Source of the DNA: Mytilus californianus
Taxonomy: Eukaryota
Assembly: GCF_021869535.1 (NCBI RefSeq)
Contig: NW_026262668.1
Coordinates: 101,370,001 to 101,434,000, forward strand
DNA length: 64,000 nt
Direction of reading: 5' to 3'
The notes beneath the pieces were generated by a model that worked only from the letters and a program-made list of their open reading frames with translations, did no database searches and was not told the origin of the DNA. Of the stretch, positions 63,499-64,000 are shown piece after piece (the stretch's first letter is position 1; each line of letters starts with the position of its first letter). The position numbers and the translations under genes are program-made.

Positions 63499-64000
63499 AA
63501 AGAAGACGGCACACGCTGAGATGTCTCGACATCAAATAATGGCTGAACTAGATGTGGAAAGTCTTTAAGTTTACGGATTTTCACATAAACTTAACATTAT
63601 CAAGATCAATGAATAGTATCAAGATCAATGAATATTAGGTCAATATCATAGGAACCCTGCCAGATGGCCAAGTTCACATACTACCATTCCATACACCAAG
63701 CCACATGATTATAGCAGGAGAAAAAACGTAACAAGAAAACTTATTATTTACCTATGAACCATAAAAATGAGGTTAAGATCAGATGAACCCTGCCAGACAA
63801 ACACATAAACTTAAAATTATTCCATAAGCAAAATACTAGTATATTGATCTACTGCTTACAGTATTTGAGAAATCGACCTTATCACGTAAACTTATCATCG
63901 ATCGATGAACCATTATAATGAGGAAAGGTCAGATAAACCCTGCCAGACAGACATGCACACTTTACAATCATTCCCTACTCCAAATATAGTTGACTTACTA
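63499..64000 (+). mobile_element. Degenerate HINE family F2, runs off the window end
   Basis: Head ggcacacgctgagatgtctcg and about 3 diverged cores. Confidence 0.75.

Overview
AT-rich eukaryotic genomic DNA. The repeat families (Helentron-type HINE/DINE elements with tandem cores, tRNA-headed SINEs, Penelope-like RT, hammerhead-bearing repeats) point to a bivalve, most likely a Mytilus mussel (inference from recalled repeat consensus; no search run). Three host-type coding units are supported. (1) An intronless 367-aa type II membrane protein with a GT-A-like NxDI motif (4356-5459, +). (2) A 530-codon Arg/Ser-rich terminal exon (31164-32755, -). (3) A four-exon, 443-aa CUT-class homeobox gene that I assembled by hand (39656-39769, 42848-43015, 45005-45263, 45780-46570, +). 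It has ONECUT-like architecture (one CUT plus one homeodomain) but a W48/Q50 homeodomain unlike ONECUT or CUX, and a tandem uORF leader. This gene is the strongest candidate for something undescribed. The rest is mostly mobile DNA: a decayed Ty3/Gypsy pol, a LINE split into four pieces by nested insertions, Naiad-like Penelope fragments, many HINE copies with roughly 147-165 bp cores, MITEs, SINEs, two decayed hammerhead ribozyme relics and a 41-bp minisatellite with higher-order structure. No CRISPR, rRNA or intact tRNA gene was seen. Repeat boundaries are approximate (about 10-30 bp); splice coordinates were read directly from the sequence.
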